Positions 27,069 through 37,900 of a stretch of 64,000 nucleotides of DNA are shown one piece after another. Below the pieces are notes generated by a model. That model saw only the letters and a program-made list of their open reading frames with translations, ran no database searches and had not been told where the DNA came from. This DNA is from Yuukianura sp. NJ FZ-2021. Taxonomy: Eukaryota. The stretch covers positions 5,766,001 through 5,830,000 of the forward strand of contig CM102290.1 in NCBI GenBank assembly GCA_046563655.1, in the 5' to 3' direction. Each line of letters starts with the position of its first letter. The first letter of the stretch is position 1. Position numbers and translations under genes: made by a program.

Positions 27069-30000
27069 ATGGCGGCTACACTGAACATGGACACTCACAC
27101 TGGTCATTCCTCCTTAGCAAAGTTTGTCAAGAGAAAGGCTCCATGGTTGGTCAGCCGGCTATTTCTTGACTGGAGCAAGACCGGAAAAACGGAATTGTAA
27201 GTTAATCTAATTGATTCTCAGCTTCATCCACACTCTAACCATGTCCTTAATTCTAGCAATACGAAATGCAAGGAACTATTGACCTCTACCAACTACAGCC
27301 GAAGAAGTAAGCACATCCATTAACATTCTGGAACTCCTTCGGGAAACTCGCGAAGTTCGTTTAATGGAGATAAAAATCTCAATAAACTCAGTTTTTTATG
27401 CTGATTACGAATCTGTAATTAGTTTTGACCGCTCGATAACCTAACTTAACCTAACCTAACTTTAACTAAAATGTGCCCCCATGTATGAGATAGGGAGAAG
27501 TGTGATGCCCAGAGCTGTTGCTCTGAGTGAAGGTGCAATTCCCTATCTCTCCCATAGAACCTTCGCGAGTTTGCCGAAGATAAGCCAACATTCTATCTAA
27601 AGTATGATTTTCAGTAAAAGGTGTTTCATTGATTGTTGTTTTTAGTAAAAGATGATGAAATTCTGGTGGATGCCGTTTCTCAACTGGTGGTGGCTGGACT
27701 GGACAAAGTGATTCGAAGAGAAGACGTTGTGGCTGAAATCAAGCAGTTACTCGTCCTGTCCCCTTCCAGATTTGCTTCAGTGCTGTCGGATGCATGGGCT
27801 GGAGTGGATTCCATAACATACTGCAGGAGTCAAGATGCCAGAAGAGATGCTTTCATTCAACTGTCCAAAGATATCTCGTCAACTTACTATTATCTTATAC
27901 AAGAGAAGTCAGAGGCAGAAACAATGGGTGAATTCGGAATGTTAACTGGAGCGGAAGTTAAACTTTTCAATCAAAAGATCATCCGATTGAAAACGAAAAC
28001 ATAGTAAGACCTTAAGCTAATCTTAACATACTTATTTTCTGTTTCTCCTTCTTGATAACTTTTCGTTAACTAAACGTTTTCGTTTCTAGTTATAAGCAGC
28101 AGAAGTTCAACTTATTCCGTGAAGAGCCGGAGGGATATGGCAAACTTATTGCAGAACTGGCAAAACCCTTGGATGGCACCAAACACCTCTTTATGCTCAA
28201 CACAATCCGTGGATTGATTGGTAACTTTAAGACTTATTCTCTTCTCATTGGTATTGCGTACATCTTGCCACTTTTTTTTTATCATTACAGGAACGTGCTA
28301 CTTGGATCCAAATCGTGTCATCGACATTATACTGGAAGCATTTGAGTGTGAACCGAACTGCGACTTTTTCATTCCGCTACTGCAGAACCTCAAGCCCACA
28401 ACGAACACAGTTTGTGAGATTCTGGCATTCAAATTGAATGAAGTTGACTCGTCTCGGTATTTGTTCAATGTGATGGCCCTTCTACTGCAACACGACATCA
28501 TCTCACTGGATCACATCTATCCATGGGTAAAATTCTTCATTTCAACGAAATTGCAACGTTTCTCTCAAAACTTTTTTCAAAATTTCAAAAATCTACTACC
28601 TTCTTTCAAAAAAATATTGACATGATTTTTGTTTTAGCTCAAACCGGATAACCGTGTGATTGAGAAGAACTGGGAGAGACAGATGAATGAAGCTTCAATT
28701 TATGCATCGGGAGCAATGAAAGTGAGATTGGATGGAAGTAAAGAGGCCAATGGAGTTGCAGCATTCATTGATGAGGAAGACAATGCAGTGGAGGAGAGAA
28801 GCACTGTAAGTTTTAATGGAAAAATTAACTGATTGTTGGTGTTAATTAGTTTACTTGATTTTTAGTACTACGACAACCACAAGATCCTCCTGTGCAAAGC
28901 ACTGCTGGATGTTGGTGCTTGGAATATTGCCAGAGATCTACTGGAAAGACATCCCAAGTATTCCATTGTCAGCTGTGCACCGGTGGCCAGAAGTTTCGTT
29001 CGTCTGTACAACTATATGCTGGATCCCATCTACAACATGTAAGTTACATCTTATGTCTGTATAATGTAAGTTACATTTTATGTCTGAATGATGTAAGTTA
29101 CATCTTATGTCTAAATGTTAGTTACATGTTATCTTTGAATTCCAGGATCTCTGACCTTCCCGCCAGACGAAAAGCACGACGACCTTACCATGCGAGTTCC
29201 AACAGTGAAATTCCTTCGCAGATCCACGATTACGACGACCTTGAGGAGTCGATCGACATGCTTCTCATTCTTGGCCCTTACATTCATTGTGATCCCATTC
29301 TCATGTACAAAGTGCTCAGAGTGATACGGTTTTACTTGGAAGGAGTAGAGGTAAGTTAATTTACTTATGAATTAGTTGATTCATTGCATTGCTAAATCAC
29401 AACTAATATGTACCAGGGAAAAGCCAAGACAGAAATTTACTACACTTTTATTGACCTGTTTGATCAAACGTTGCTTCCTGCCATGTGCTACTTGGATGGA
29501 AACTGTGCCATGGCCAAAGAAGTTTGGTCAGTCCTCGAGTACTACCCATACAGCATACGGTAACTATTATTTATATTAATATATTATATAATTAAAATAA
29601 TGATATTGATGATAAATGTGTTTAGATTCCGGCTGTATGGTTCGTGGAAGTCTGAAGAAAGAGCTCGGTGTCATCCCACTTTGATTCGGAAGAGAGTTGA
29701 CACTCTGAAGCAAGTGAAGCAGATGATGCGGAGACTGTCCAAGGAAAATGTCAAGTTCATGGGCAGACAACTTGGGAAATTGAGTCACTCTATTCCCGCA
29801 ATTGTCTTTGACTATGTGAGTCTACGTATTTACTATTTCAATGAGAAGGACGAATGATTGGATGACTATGATTATGTGTTGATTTCAGATTCTAACTCAG
29901 ATTCAATTGTTTGACAACTTGATCGTACCTGTGATTGATGCCCTCAAGTACTTGACTCCTCTTGGCTACGATATCCTGGGATACTGCCTACTGGAGGCCC

Positions 30001-33000
30001 TTTCCCCTGCTGCCATTGACCCAATGACCAGACAAAGTCATGACCTCACAGTGGTACAAGCTTGACCTTCCAAAATTTCAAATTCCTTTGCTTCAAATTA
30101 GTGAAATCAAAGTTTAAGTTTTGATTTGTACTTTGGTGCAGATGCTGACAGCGAATCGTCCTCGGACAAAGCACGACGGGTCCACCATCGCTCCCTGGAT
30201 CCAGAGTCTGGCAGTGTTTACTGGAACGATATGCAAAAAGTACTCTCTGGACATCGTGCCTGTGCTGCAGTACATTGCTAATCAGCTCAAAGCCAAGGAG
30301 AGTCTGGACTTGCTCCTCCTCAAGGAAATAGTACAAAGGATGAGTGGAATTGAAGCAGCAGAGGACATCACTACGGACCAACTGGAGGCTATGTGTGGAG
30401 GGGAACTGCTCAAATCAGAGGTCAGAGGGCATTTCACTTCAGTTTTCCTCTTTTTGTGCTCGTCAGAGTCATAACTAATTGATTTTGTTGTAAATTTTAG
30501 GCTGGATACTTTGGTCAACTGAGGACTGCCAAGAAGTCAGCTACTCGCTTGAGAGAATCGACAGCTCAGAATGACCTGGCCATGACCCTGTGTATTCTGA
30601 TGGCTCAACAGAGGAACAGGATCATCTTTGACGAGGCTCAAGTGGAACTGCACACTAAACTTGTTGGGAAATTATACGACCAGGTATTTATTGCAAAAGG
30701 GAGAGAAAAAAATATGGAGTGGGATTCGAACCCACATCTTACTGTTTTGGGGTGGCTCTAACCATTGAGCTACCCTGTTATAGTCCTTTTTTAGTCTCAA
30801 ATGTTGCCTTTTAGGCTGAATATTGTAATTTAATTTTTTTTTTGTCACATTTTTGCAGTGTCAAGATACGCTTGTGCAGTTTGGGAGTTTCCTGGCCACT
30901 TTCTGTACGTTGGATGAGTATGCCAAGAAAATCCCTCCGATCAAGACCCTGGTGGAGGAGTATCATATGGACTCTGACGTTGCTTTCTTCCTCTGGCGTC
31001 CCATCTTTGCGAATAATATCACAGTAAGCACAAACAACTGAATATTTGTCGCCGTTTCTAAAGTGTCCTCCAGAAATCCAGAAATGGACGCAGTATTTGT
31101 GCTCAATTGATCACCAACTTAACCCTCTCGCGCCAAAACTTTTCCTACCGAAGGCGGGGCTCCAGTTTCAATTTTTGACAAATCCGAATTGCAATTTTGA
31201 CCATCCTCTAGGCGAAATACGACGATCTGCGTCGAGCAACGAAGGCTCATCGCAAAATGACTCCAGCACAACTCCAGCAAGTCTACACAGCAGCCTGTAC
31301 TTTCGTGCTGGACCCAGTTGTGGACGTTATGAAAAACTTTTTGCCGCTGAAGACTTGGGAGGACATTTCTCCGCAGTTCTACGTCACTTTCTGGTCACTT
31401 TCACTCTATGACCTCTTTGTACCTAACGACGCCTATGCCAGAGAAGTACTCAGAATCAAGCAGATGAGCCAAGCAGTCTGTGAAAACAAGGACTTCACTT
31501 CAAGCAAAAGAAGAAAGGAGCAGGAGAGATGCAACCAACTCATCGACAAACTGCATGACGAGCAGCAACGACAAGTGGAGCATGTCAAACGAGTCTTAAC
31601 GAAACTTGGAAATGTGAGTTATTTTTTAAAATTTGATTTTTAGTTTTGGAAATTATTGATATTTTGATTTGTTTACAGGAAAAGGAGTCTTGGTTTGCCC
31701 CACGGACGCAGAAGTCGGCCAAAAACGAAGCCGTGACGGCGTTCCTCCAATTGTGCATCTTCCCACGGTGCATTTTCACTGCCCCAGACGCCCTCTACTG
31801 TGCTCAGTTTGTGACAACGATTCATCTTCTATGCACTCCCAACTTTAGTACACTCATTTGCTACGATAGGGTGAGTAGAATATAATTTAATATTTATGAA
31901 ATAATTTATTAATAGGGAGTTTGCTTTATAAACATTTCTAACTTTCCACAGAAGGACTTTTGGGAAAAAGTCAGGATTAGGTTAACAAATTCACTAAAGT
32001 GCATTTTCCTTTTTTATGGAAATTTAAAAAATTCCAAGATATTGATTTTTTGAAAGTCCATCATACCTTCTAACTTTCCACAGAAGGACTTTTGGAAAAA
32101 GTCAGGATTAGGCTAACAAATTCACTAGTAAAGTGCATTTTCCTTTTTTATGGAAATTTAAAAAATTCCAAGATATTGATTTTTTGAAAGTCCATCATAC
32201 CTTCTAACTTTCCACAGAAGGACTTTTGGAAAAAGTCAGGATTAGGCTAACAAATTCACTAAAGTGCGTTTTCCTTTTTTATGGAAATTTAAAAAATTCC
32301 AAGATATTGATTTTTTGAAAGTCCATCATACCTTCTAACTTTCCACAGAAGGACTTTTGGAAAAAGTCAGGATATAAATATTCCCTAAAGGGTTTATTTG
32401 CTATAGTTTCCCCCCATAATTCCTTAAATAGACAAAGGAATTATTTTTCTAGCGTCTACTTTTACGTGCCACACTCTGCATAATTTGTTTATAACGCAAA
32501 CTCCGAAAATGCTTGAGGAATTGTTGGTAATAGTAGCTGTTTTTTGTTTGTGGTAGGTGTTTTGTGACATCATCTACACCGTGACATCTTGTACGGAGAA
32601 TGAGGCCAACCGATATGGACGCTTCCTCAACGCCCTCCTGTCGACTGTGATGAAGTGGCACGGGGACAAGGCTGTTTTTGAAAAAGTATGTTTTTACGTT
32701 TGAAGACGAAGGTCAAAGGTCAAACTTTGAACGGGACTTTTCAAAGGACAGCGGCTTCTCTGTGATGATTCGGTGTGTGGCTCCCTCTCACATCTTTGTG
32801 CGTAAGTGTGTTACTGCTGAGGGAGGGGGACTTAAGGGCTCTGTATTTAATCACTTTCTCTTTTAATTCCGAAGTGTAGGCCGATGGTAACGAAAGCATC
32901 ACACAGGAATCCGTTGGTCCGTTTTGGAAAGCGTCCCGGCTCAAGTTGGAGTGACTTGATGGTGGCGAGGTCAATTGACTCCGTTGGTTTTGTTTGATTT

Positions 33001-33168
33001 TAGGAATGTGCGACGTATCCCGGCTTTGTTACAAAGTTCAGAGCTGCAAATAGCACTGCCGAGTCCAACGACCACGTCGACTACGAAAACTACCGCCATG
33101 TCTGTCACAAGTGGCACTACAAAATAACTAAGGTAACACATTGCATTGATTCATTGATTATTACATTA

Positions 33169-33245
<77 letters not shown>

Positions 33246-34080
33246 GACACTAGTTATTATTATATTCCTTGCAGTGCATGATTGTGTGCCTGGAGTCCAA
33301 GGAATTCACTCAAATCCGAAACGCCCTCCTGGTTCTCAAGAGAATCCTCCCAAGTTACCCCAGAGTTACAAACTTGGCAAACGCCATCGAAAGATGGGTT
33401 GAGCGGGTGAGTTGACTTATGACGACGGTGGTTGTAATATTTATATTATTTATTTTTATATGATATTTATATATTTTGTTTAGGTTCGTGCGGACCAAAA
33501 GGAGAAGCGTCACGATCTCTTTGCCTTGGCCACGAGCTACATTGGGCAACTCAAAGCCAAAATCCCGACACTTATTTCCGAAGAAGCCTTCCACAAAAAG
33601 TCCAATCCGAGCAAAAGTGACTTGGACTCTAAGCCGAAAGCCCAAGGGACGGAGTCTAAGGGTACCAAAAGTGGAGAGCCAAAGTCCGCCAAAGGGACGC
33701 CTGAACCTAAAGTAGACAAGGACAGTCCCCAGCACGAGTCCGTTGAAACGCCACCCCCCACTCCGATGGAAGAAATCAAGTCCCCCAGAGGGGCCCTTAA
33801 ATTAGAGGAGACGAAAGTGACGAAGGCGGAGGTGAAGACAGTGAAGATCAAGTTGACTGACGTGAAGGCAGAGACGAATGGGAGTGACAAGGTCAAGGTT
33901 TCTCGGAAGATTGACGTGAAGGGCACACCGAAGGACAAAGACATCAAGCGGAGGAAGATCGAAGGGAAGGAGCAGGGGGACTTGAAGGGTACACCGAAGG
34001 AGTCCACGAGCAACTCCAACAGTCCGTCCGTCGATGGGAAAGCGTCAGGGACGAAGCGACATTCGACTAACAAGAAATAA
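27069..34080 (+). CDS. THOC2: THO complex subunit 2 (TREX mRNA export)
   Basis: Exons 27069-27196, 27257-27306, 27646-28003, 28090-28220, 28291-28526, 28638-28805, 28866-29038, 29146-29350, 29417-29559, 29626-29815, 29889-30053, 30142-30420, 30501-30683, 30859-31023, 31212-31613, 31679-31870, 32557-32685, 33004-33132, 33275-33406, 33484-34080. Hallmarks [93 protein letters not shown], and a Lys-rich tail. Confidence 0.96.
27337..27579. mobile_element. MITE/foldback element with TAACC tract in THOC2 intron 2
   Basis: Inverted repeats CTTCGGGAAACTCGCGAAG / CTTCGCGAGTTTGCCGAAG; internal taacctaacttaacctaacc and an inner GAGATAGGGA/TCCCTATCTC inverted repeat. Confidence 0.7.
30684..30820 (-). 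mobile_element. tRNA-derived repeat, family A, filling most of a THOC2 intron
   Basis: On the - strand GGTAGCTCAATGGTTAGAGC...GTGGGTTCGAATCCCAC; upstream taaaaggca..atttgaga shared with the 16468 copy. Confidence 0.75.
31914..32506. mobile_element. MITE of the same TIR family as 24204, carrying ~3.3 tandem copies of a ~132-bp unit
   Basis: AGGGAGTTTGCTTTATAAACA ... TGTTTATAACGCAAACTCC; units start at 31936, 32068, 32202 and 32333. Confidence 0.85.
32756..32825 (+). ncRNA. Candidate intronic box C/D snoRNA, SNORD100-like (18S rRNA 2'-O-methyl guide)
   Basis: C box GTGATGA at 32762, D box CTGA at 32817-32820, flanking stem CTTCTC/GGGAG, ~70 nt long. GGCTCCCTCTC (32779-32789) is complementary to the conserved 18S sequence GAGAGGGAGCC, as in the 5' guide of vertebrate SNORD100 (recalled, not searched). 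D'/C' boxes are degenerate. Confidence 0.6.
33166..33245 (+). repeat. (ATT)n microsatellite in THOC2 intron
   Basis: About 25 perfect ATT units inside intron 33133-33274. Confidence 0.97.
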
Positions 34081-34207
34081 GAGGGCAACTCAACAAATAA
34101 TCCACTGCAATTCAGAAATAATCCCACTGCGAAATTGAGGAGAGTCTTTGAGTTTATTACTGAATGTTAAACTAAAAAAGAGAGTTTAAATGTTAGTTAA
34201 ATTAAAA

Positions 34208-34533
34208 TTAAGTTTGTGTTGTGGAGATGTCGTCGTGACTCCTGTCGCCGGAGGAAGGCTTAGCTCCAGACATGATTGGTTTGAGAGGAGTGGGCCTGAA
34301 ATGTAAAACCCCGTTATTTTACAATGTTGATCAACCTGTGTTGATGAAATGGTGTTGAGCTATTTGTGTTGACTAAATTTACTTTTGTTCAATTGATGGA
34401 CGGATTGCGTGTCCATGGTTCCTCTTTCGCTTGCACCACAAGAACACTAGAACGACGAGGAGAATGGGGACGAGAACGCCGAGGATAATGCCAGCACTTC
34501 GGGCAGTACTCACCGCTTCGTGCTCTGCGTCCT
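34208..34533 (-). CDS. mesh: mesh alternative terminal exons (second TM helix plus short tail, isoform B)
   Basis: Acceptor TTTCGTAG at 34534 is phase-compatible with the Sushi exon. Exon 34533-34383 encodes EDAEHEAVSTARSAGIILGVLVPILLVVLVFLWCKRKRNH...; exon 34295-34208 encodes KPTPLKPIMSG...ISTTQT*. AATAAA on the - strand at 34153-34158. Confidence 0.8.
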
Positions 34534-34947
34534 CTACGAAATTACAAGGGACACGAACATTTCATTAGTATTGAATCTTCTCTTGTCAAAGGGTGACCTT
34601 TGGGGGTCAAAGGTCATGCACATTCTGTGAAATAGGTCAACTACACTTGTGTATGTCCCAACAATTAATTTTAAATCATATGTAAACATATTTTTCTCAA
34701 TATAACCTTCTATAAATTCATTTTCTTCAATAAAACTAACAAAGTCACCATTGTAATATTTTATATGCTAAAAATAACTTAAAACAAGAAGCGTTTTGGT
34801 GTGTGAGGCAGTTGAAACAGTTTTTGGAGTGGAAAGTTAAAGTTAAACAAAGTTAAAATGTTAAAAAGTAATTTTTTTTTCAAACTTTTTTTTGAAACTG
34901 GGATCCGTATATTTTTGGAAATTGGAGTAAATAGGGTAAAAAAAGAG

Positions 34948-37900
34948 TTAGACCGAGATTGTTTTGGAAATGAAAGGAGTTGGATCGTATTCCTGGGTGG
35001 GTTGAGTTTTTTGCGGGGGTGGGACGTGGGGCAAGGGTGGTGGGGCCTTTGAATCTTGTGAACTGCTGGAATGGCGACTGGACTGAGACGGAAAGTAGTC
35101 TTCGATGCTACTGCGTCTGCGTCCTTGTCTTCGTTTAGGCTCCTCCTCAAATTCATCTTCTGAGAAGTTGATTGGTGGACGATTTGGCAATGGTTCGTGA
35201 GTGTAGTAAGTTCCATCGGCCGGGAAAAGTAGCGGTTTCCGACTCCGAGACTGTCCGAGTGGATCCGGTCTCGTCCGTAGTTCCGGTTCCGGTTCTGGGG
35301 CTGTCGGACCTGCTCGTTCGGAACTCGGTTTCCGAACTTCAGAACCCGGTACAGAGGAGTCTGAATCTGTTTCGTTTTCACTCGGGGGGAGTCGGTAGTC
35401 GTCGGGAGCCGTTTTGGAATAAGGTTCATGTGCATGTTTTTTGATTGTCAAAGGGGGGAATGAGGGGGCGATGACATTGGTGGGGGTGAAGGGTGGGGAG
35501 GGCGTGGATCGGGGGGTGGAAGTGGGTGGATCGGCGGTCAGATGCTGAATGTCTTCTTTCCTAATTTTTTTCTTTGGTTCTGGAACGCCCTCCACTTTTT
35601 TCTTGATGGTTTCCATGGCAACCGGCTTGTCGGCTGGAGATGAGGAGGAAACACGACGTTTTGAAGAGAGACGCGGTGCAAATCCGGCTGGGAATTGCTG
35701 AGAATCGTCGTGATTGGCTCGGCTGAGCATTTGAGCGACGCAGCAAATGATGCAGATGATGAAAATGAGAATTCCAAGGATAACGGCCGCAGTGATTCCG
35801 CTTGCGACGGCAGCATGCTCTCCCTTTTCTGTACAGATTCACCAGCCTCAGTTTTTTTTTTAATTTTGAATCAAACCAGAAGTTTTTGAAACTTGGAGCC
35901 AAGCAAAGGGAGCAGCCGCCATTTTCAAAATTCAAAATTCCCCGTTTCAAATTCAAAATTTCCCGGCATGACCTAACCTTTGTTAGTTCTAAAAACCCAA
36001 CCCGCGGAATTAAGCGGAGTAAGCGTGTGCTTAAATTATTTGAATTTAAGCGCCAAAAAGTGGGAAGCTATAAATTTGAAATTAAGTTGCAATCTTACCG
36101 ATGCATCGGGTAGTTGTTGTTGGATTCCAGTTGTACCACTCCGATTCGGTTCGCCGATCCTCTCCTGCTGCTGGAACACTCCATTCTCCATTGGCTTGAC
36201 ACACACGACGACGTTCTCCGACCAAAACAAACTCTGGATCGCAGTCGAACTGAACGTCAGTTCCAGGAGTGTAGCGGAAATTACTCTTGCGACCATGGAT
36301 CGGCGTCATCAAAGCACCACAGGAAGTAACTATTTCGAAATTTTGAAAAATGGAATTTTTTTTGAAAATGAATTTTTTTTGGTTTTCATGACAACGTACT
36401 TGGTTGTAACGGTCCTTCCTTGAGACTGAGGAATTGGGCTTGGTAGTACTTGGCCCACTCTCCATATTCTTTGTTCAGCGTCACACTGTAGTCGTACTTG
36501 CACTGGTAAGAGTTACCACAAAACGCTTCCACGCTAGCTGGCTTCAAGCTCCTGAAATTTTTCAAAAATTCAGTATTTCGAAATTTCAATTTTTAGGAAA
36601 GAATTTTTTTTAAGTTCCACTTACACGTTGTAGGGAATGATGACTTTTGGATCAGCATTCATTTCTGGATAGAAGAGGGGGTCTGCGAAATGGTTAGCCC
36701 CCCGTCCACTTTCGTAGTAAAACAGTGACACTCCACGCTCACTGTTTTCATTCTGATCAACAGCCCCTGAAATTTCAAGAAAAATCACTCTTTTTAAATA
36801 ACATAATTCCAAATTTCAAAACGTTAAAAATTTGGTAGGAAAATCACTCTTTTTAAATAACATTATTCCAAATTTCAAAACGTTAAAAATTTAGTAGGAA
36901 AATCACTCTTTTTAAATAACATAATTCCAAATTTCAAAACGTTAAAAATTTAGTAGGAAAATCACTCTTTTTAAATAACATAATTCCAAATTTCAAAACG
37001 TTAAAAATTTAGTAGGAAAATCACTCTTTTTAAATAACATAATTCCAAATTTCAAAACGTTAAAAATTTAGTAGGAAAATCACTCTTTTTAAATAACATA
37101 ATTCCAAATTTCAAAACGTTAAAAATTTAGTAGGAAAATCACTCTTTTTAAATAACATAATTCCAAATTTCAAAACGTTAAAAATTTAGTAGGAAAATCA
37201 CTCTTTTTAAATAACATAATTCCAAATTTCAAAACGTTAAAAATTTAGTAGGAAAATCACTCTTTTTAAATAACATAATTCCAAATTTCAAAACGTTAAA
37301 AAGTTAGTAGGAAAATCACTCTTTTTAAATAACATAATTCCAAATTTCAAAACGTTAAAAAGTTAGTAGGAAAATCACTCTTTTTAAATAACATAATTCC
37401 AAATTTCAAAACGTTAAAAAGTTAGTAGGAAAATCACTCTTTTTAAATAACATAATTCCAAATTTCAAAACGTTAAAAATTTAGTAGGAAAATCACTCTT
37501 TTTAAATAACATAATTCCAAATTTCAAAACGTTAAAAAGTTAGTAGGAAAATCACTCTTTTTAAATGACATAATTCCAAATTCCAAAACGTTAAAAATTT
37601 AGTAGGAAAATCACTCTTTTTTCAAACAAAATTCAGACTTCTAGAAGTTTTTCTAATTTTAAAGTTTTTCTAAAATTTTGAAACAATATTTGGACTGCTT
37701 ACAATGAATTCCGAATTGCCGATGCATGGCGTCAAAGTTGTTTAAATTTGCTAACGGCCCGGCTGATCCATCGGGCAGCTGGAAGTCATCTTCCACGAGT
37801 CCACTCCAATTTCCAAAAAGTCCACGTACATGGCCCTAAAATTCGAAATTTTGAAAAGTTTTGAACCTGAATTTTTGAAAATAGTGTTTTTACCATGAAT

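Noticed and set aside
32866..32975. Selenocysteine/SECIS, ribozyme or H/ACA RNA around TGA 32952
   Set aside because: Hairpins exist, but there is no SECIS core, no hammerhead/HDV consensus and no H or ACA box. A 90-nt cassette ending at 32969 would leave a 34-nt intron, shorter than any other here.
33154..33402. Poly-Ile ORF
   Set aside because: Translation of an intronic (ATT)n microsatellite.
33537..34127. 196-aa antisense ORF and similar shadow ORFs over SoxD, mesh and fat exons
   Set aside because: Expected shadow frames of real exons; no independent homology.
34948..35730. 260-aa ORF as a stand-alone gene
   Set aside because: The frame extends upstream through a TM helix to an acceptor in phase with the mesh Sushi exon, so it is better explained as the mesh tail.
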